In this document: positions 60,643 through 64,000 of the stretch, one piece after another
Layout: every line of letters begins with the position of its first letter
Numbering within the stretch: position 1 is the stretch's first letter
DNA from: a virus
Lineage: Duplodnaviria; Caudoviricetes
Length of the DNA: 64,000 nt
Strand: one strand, 5' to 3'
IMG/VR virus record: IMGVR_UViG_3300043422_000045
Coordinates: 32,001-96,000 of that record
Notes under the pieces: generated by a model
What the model was told of the DNA's origin: nothing
The model's input: the letters and a program-made list of their open reading frames with translations, nothing else
Database searches by the model: none
Position numbers and translations under genes: made by a program

Positions 60643-61056
60643 ATGAAACACATTAAATTATTCGAACAGTTCGTAAACGAATCTGACGACATGAGTTTTG
60701 CGTCGGCAGCAGGAAATGGAAGATCTATTGGAAGATATAGTGGAAGCACCGGTGCTTCTGCCGAATGGGATAACCAAACTGTTATTTCAAATGCATCAGA
60801 GTATTCTACTGAAATTCTAACAAATGCTGCATCTGCATTAAGAGATCTTGGTATTCAAGTAAAAGAAAAACCAATACAAGATGGTATATTAACAACTAAA
60901 TTCGGAGGCACAACATGGACGTATCAATTTAAAGGTGGCAAATGGATCGCTACAGTCGGTGACGCAGAAGCTCCAAAAGACATCTATGAATTTATCAGAT
61001 TCATGGTAGCTCGAAAATATATAAAATTCAAAGATAAACTAGTAGGAAGTAAATAA
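60643..61056 (+). CDS. Putative internal head protein
   Basis: MKHIKLFEQFVNE/S leader; late motif at 60562 and early motif at 60614. Confidence 0.55.
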   Translation: MKHIKLFEQFVNESDDMSFASAAGNGRSIGRYSGSTGASAEWDNQTVISNASEYSTEILTNAASALRDLGIQVKEKPIQDGILTTKFGGTTWTYQFKGGKWIATVGDAEAPKDIYEFIRFMVARKYIKFKDKLVGSK

Positions 61057-61103
61057 GAACCCCTCCTCAGGATAGAATCGGAGGACCGACTCATAAGAGT
61101 TTC

Positions 61104-61130
61104 AACCTGTCAGTAATGACAGGTTTTTTT
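61104..61130 (+). terminator. Intrinsic terminator
   Basis: aacctgtca-gtaa-tgacaggtt + T-run. Confidence 0.8.
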
Positions 61131-61132
61131 AT

Positions 61133-61160
61133 GAAACAAAATGACTAATTCAATTATAAT
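61133..61160 (+). promoter_or_regulatory. Middle-type promoter GAAACA-N16-TATAAT
   Basis: Conserved motif and spacing, before the clamp gene. Confidence 0.6.
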
Positions 61161-61191
61161 GCTTAAATAATTTAATTTAAACACAAAAAAC

Positions 61192-61941
61192 ATGAAAGTA
61201 GTTATTAACAAAGTAGATCAGAACAACTTTGTAGCATTCATTAATCGTTTAAGAGTTATTGATTCTTTTGTCTATTTCAAAATTAAAGACGAACAAATCA
61301 TCTCTTCAGCTTATTTGCCACAACGTGACGCTGTAAAACACCACACACTTCCAATTTCAGAAGTATTTCAAATTGATGCTAGTCAATTAACAACAGACAA
61401 AGACCTTAAAGTGGCTTTCTTTGATGCTGGTAAAATTATCGAAGCATTCAAACAATTTGAATACGATTCTATTCAAGCAGAAATTGAATTCGTAGAAAAC
61501 GATGAAGACTGTGTAGCTTCTACATTTAAAATCTTTAATGACGAGTTAGAAATCGTTTTAGCTTGTTCAGAACCATCTTTAGGTTACAAAGACTTAACCG
61601 AGTCTCAATTACAAAATATCTTCATGACTGAAGGTGCTGAAGTTAACTTTGATTTATCATTCACTGATACATCTAAGATTAAATCTCTTTTCAACTTAGA
61701 TAAAGACGAGACTTTTGCAATTTCAACTTCTAAAGAAGGTGTTCGTATTAAAGGTAAATCTTACAACAAATTAATCAATTCAACTAGCGTTTCTAAGGCT
61801 AATGTGACTGTTTACAAAAAGTATTTGAACTTGTTTGACAAAGAAGATTATTCTACTTATGTCTTTAACAATAGAGTAGTTTTACGCTCTAAAGACTCAA
61901 ACACTCTTTTAACAATCGCAACTTGCCAAAGCACTGATTAA
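61192..61941 (+). CDS. Probable sliding clamp (gp45/PCNA-like)
   Basis: About 250 aa, two-domain alpha/beta pattern, coupled to the polymerase subunit; no strong motif. Confidence 0.5.
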   Translation: MKVVINKVDQNNFVAFINRLRVIDSFVYFKIKDEQIISSAYLPQRDAVKHHTLPISEVFQIDASQLTTDKDLKVAFFDAGKIIEAFKQFEYDSIQAEIEFVENDEDCVASTFKIFNDELEIVLACSEPSLGYKDLTESQLQNIFMTEGAEVNFDLSFTDTSKIKSLFNLDKDETFAISTSKEGVRIKGKSYNKLINSTSVSKANVTVYKKYLNLFDKEDYSTYVFNNRVVLRSKDSNTLLTIATCQSTD

Positions 61942-63137
61942 TGACTATTGAACAACTACTTAATAAACCAGAAGACCAACTAACTTTGGTTGAGCTTAAA
62001 TCCTTAGCAGACTTTTATTCAAACGAGTCTGCTAAGTTTACAGCTTATGAACAAGCAGTTAAGTTAACACTTAACTCGATCTACGGAGCCTTTGGTAATA
62101 AGTGGTTTCACTTCTTTAATATTGACATTGCTGAATCTATTACTTTACAAGGTCAAAATGCAATCTTATATTCCGAAAAGATACTTAATAAGTACTTTCA
62201 AGAATTCTTTGTCAAAGATACTAAAATTCATGAAGAATTAAATATCAAAGTTAAAAGAGCTTGCGTTAAACCGGCTGTAATTTATATCGATACGGATTCC
62301 AATTACGTCCAATTTCAAGAGATGTATGAATCTATCGAGTGGTTAGGTGAAAAGCTAGACATCGTAACGTTTATCCTTAAACTTTACAATTTACGTATCA
62401 AAGATTATATCGTTAAGTCGCTAGACAAATACGCTGAAAATAGAAACACTGATTCATTTTTAGAATTTGAATTAGAATCTATTGCATACTCAGGTATTTG
62501 GATGGCTAAAAAGAAATACTTGCAAAATTTAGCGTGGGACGATAAACTTGGCGTAAACGAAAGACATGCAATGTTAAAGAAGATCAAAACCATCGGTTAT
62601 GATACTATTCAATCTTCAACACCAATGTTTGCTCGTAAGAAACTATCAGAAGCTTTACAGATTCTTTTTGAAAAGAAGCCAACCCCAGAAACTTTAACAA
62701 CTATTGTTTCGTTTCTTAAAAAGGCAAAGAAAGAATTTAAGTTAGCGCCGATAGATGAAATCTCTTTTAACAAGAGAACAAACAATTTAGAGAAGTATAT
62801 CGTAGATGATCACGTTGAGTTTCAATATGGACTAAAATGTCCACCTAACGTTAAAGCTGCTGGATTTTATAATTACTTAATGAATAACAATCCTAAGTAT
62901 AAAAACAAATACAGAATGATTGGTAATGGTGAGAAGCTAAGATTATTCCATTGTGAACACAAGACATGTGAGATCTTTGCATATTTGCCAGGTGATCATC
63001 CTTATGAATTTGCACCAGCCGTAGATTATGAAACTCAATTTGAAAAATCAGTAATTGATCCATTGAATAGAGTTTTAGGCTGTATTGGTCTTCAGACATT
63101 AAACAGAAACTTAATTTATTCAACTTCATTATTTTAA
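61941..63137 (+). CDS. gp43B: Family B DNA polymerase, C-terminal subunit (motifs B, C, thumb)
   Basis: KLTLNSIYGAFGN, ITLQGQ, YIDTDS, KKKY and SSTP; C-terminal SLF clamp-binding-like tail. Confidence 0.9.
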   Translation: MTIEQLLNKPEDQLTLVELKSLADFYSNESAKFTAYEQAVKLTLNSIYGAFGNKWFHFFNIDIAESITLQGQNAILYSEKILNKYFQEFFVKDTKIHEELNIKVKRACVKPAVIYIDTDSNYVQFQEMYESIEWLGEKLDIVTFILKLYNLRIKDYIVKSLDKYAENRNTDSFLEFELESIAYSGIWMAKKKYLQNLAWDDKLGVNERHAMLKKIKTIGYDTIQSSTPMFARKKLSEALQILFEKKPTPETLTTIVSFLKKAKKEFKLAPIDEISFNKRTNNLEKYIVDDHVEFQYGLKCPPNVKAAGFYNYLMNNNPKYKNKYRMIGNGEKLRLFHCEHKTCEIFAYLPGDHPYEFAPAVDYETQFEKSVIDPLNRVLGCIGLQTLNRNLIYSTSLF

Positions 63138-63138
63138 T

Positions 63139-63321
63139 ATGGATCTTTTAAAAAACTACTCTGAAGAGCAGATCAATTTTGTTGAAAAATACACAGAATT
63201 GTATCATAGAATTGAAACCCTACAAACTAGAATGTCATTAGTTGAAACAGATTTGAATAATGCACTAGAAGAACTAGAACAATTACGAGAATTAGAAAAA
63301 AAACAAATACAAAATGGCTAA
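63139..63321 (+). CDS. Small coiled-coil hypothetical protein
   Basis: 60-aa ORF between the polymerase and uvsX. Confidence 0.5.
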   Translation: MDLLKNYSEEQINFVEKYTELYHRIETLQTRMSLVETDLNNALEELEQLRELEKKQIQNG

Positions 63322-64000
63322 AAGCAACAAAACGTTCACGTTCGATGATTTGAACAATGAATTAGCAAATTTAAACCCAATGGGTTCTGTAATGGAAATG
63401 TCAGATTTCAGTGAGATTACAGAATACTTAGACACTGGAAACTATCATTTAAACGCATGTGTTTCTGGATCTCTTTTTAAAGGATGGCCAAACAACAGAG
63501 CGTGTTCAGTAGCTGGACCATCAGGAACAGGTAAAACTTTCTTAATGTTAAATACAGTAAGAGAAGCTATCGAAAAGGGTTACAGTGTCATTTATTATGA
63601 CTCAGAAGCAGCTATCGATAAAGAACTTATGAAAAAGTTTGGCATTGATATTTCCAAAGTAAACTATCAACCAGTTAATACCGTGCAAGAGTTTAGAACT
63701 TCTGTAACTACAATTACTAAGAAGATGCAAGAAGCTAAAAGAAACGGCGCAGAATTACCTAAGGTGATGATATTGCTGGATTCTGCAGGTAACTTAGCTA
63801 CACAAAAAGAGATCGATGATGCAGCCTCAGGCTCTGATAAAGCAGATATGACTCGTTCTAAAGTTTTAAAATCAATCTTTAGAATTATCATGACTCCTTT
63901 AGCTGATTTAAAGATTCCTTTCTTATTTACAAACCACACTTACTTGTCACAAGACTTTATGCCAACACATACAGTTGGCGGTGGAACTGGACCAGAATAC
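63314..64000 (+). CDS. uvsX: RecA/UvsX recombinase (3'-truncated by the window; absent from the ORF track)
   Basis: Manual translation MAKSNKTFTFDDL...DTGNYHLNACVSGS...AGPSGTGKT...YDSEAA...LDSAGNL...DMTRSK...FTNHTY. Confidence 0.9.
   Translation, partial: MAKSNKTFTFDDLNNELANLNPMGSVMEMSDFSEITEYLDTGNYHLNACVSGSLFKGWPNNRACSVAGPSGTGKTFLMLNTVREAIEKGYSVIYYDSEAAIDKELMKKFGIDISKVNYQPVNTVQEFRTSVTTITKKMQEAKRNGAELPKVMILLDSAGNLATQKEIDDAASGSDKADMTRSKVLKSIFRIIMTPLADLKIPFLFTNHTYLSQDFMPTHTVGGGTGPEY

Noticed and set aside
60455-61130. tRNA genes in the GC-rich intergenic islands
   Set aside because: No cloverleaf with a proper T-arm and acceptor stem could be built by eye; tRNAscan-SE would confirm.
57700-62050. 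Split intein or intron joining the polymerase halves
   Set aside because: No Cys/Ser-initiated or His-Asn-terminated intein blocks at the junctions, and the intervening DNA holds ordinary genes.
513-63939. Many short ORFs in the track that are antisense to or nested within long genes (e.g. 1368-1646, 14457-14945, 24527-24904, 42937-43281, 63667-63939)
   Set aside because: They are shadows of well-supported + strand genes, with no motifs or expression signals.
1-64000. Stop-codon reassignment, as seen in some large Bacteroidota phages
   Set aside because: Code 11 gives dense full-length ORFs, and TAG and TGA terminate genes at sensible ends.
1-64000. Cellular chromosome or prophage origin, suggested by rpsA, glf, trxA and nrdAB
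   Set aside because: These genes are embedded among T4-like structural and replication genes with phage promoter motifs; no integrase or host operon context is present.

Overview
AT-rich 64 kb segment of a large myovirus-type (jumbo/T4-superfamily-like) phage genome. Almost all genes are on the + strand and read in standard code 11. The host is probably a Bacteroidota/Flavobacteriia member (inferred from TAnnTTTG promoters, A-rich leaders without Shine-Dalgarno sites, a Bacteroidota-like bS1 N-terminus and a Bacteroidota-type spanin-like protein). Layout: 1-32.3 kb tail/baseplate/neck/fibre genes plus a phage ribosomal protein S1; 32.3-37.6 kb T4-like recombination/replication genes (RuvC-like, gp32, gp61, UvsY, UvsW); 37.6-47.4 kb a block of proteins with T4-like capsid-targeting and prohead-protease motifs (apparent polyproteins, two ligase-fold domains, a HIGH nucleotidyltransferase, a PD-(D/E)xK protein); 48.7-56.3 kb a probable DNA base-hypermodification cluster (two amino acid:DNA transferase-like genes, PLP enzyme, SGNH protein, GT2-TPR, Glf, dNTP pyrophosphatase); 56.3-64 kb a split family-B DNA polymerase flanking nrdB, nrdA and a clamp, then UvsX. 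Three recurring promoter motifs, hairpins overlapping late promoters, two candidate structured RNAs and an unannotated minus-strand basic microprotein were also seen. All functional calls come from motif recognition by eye; no searches were run.
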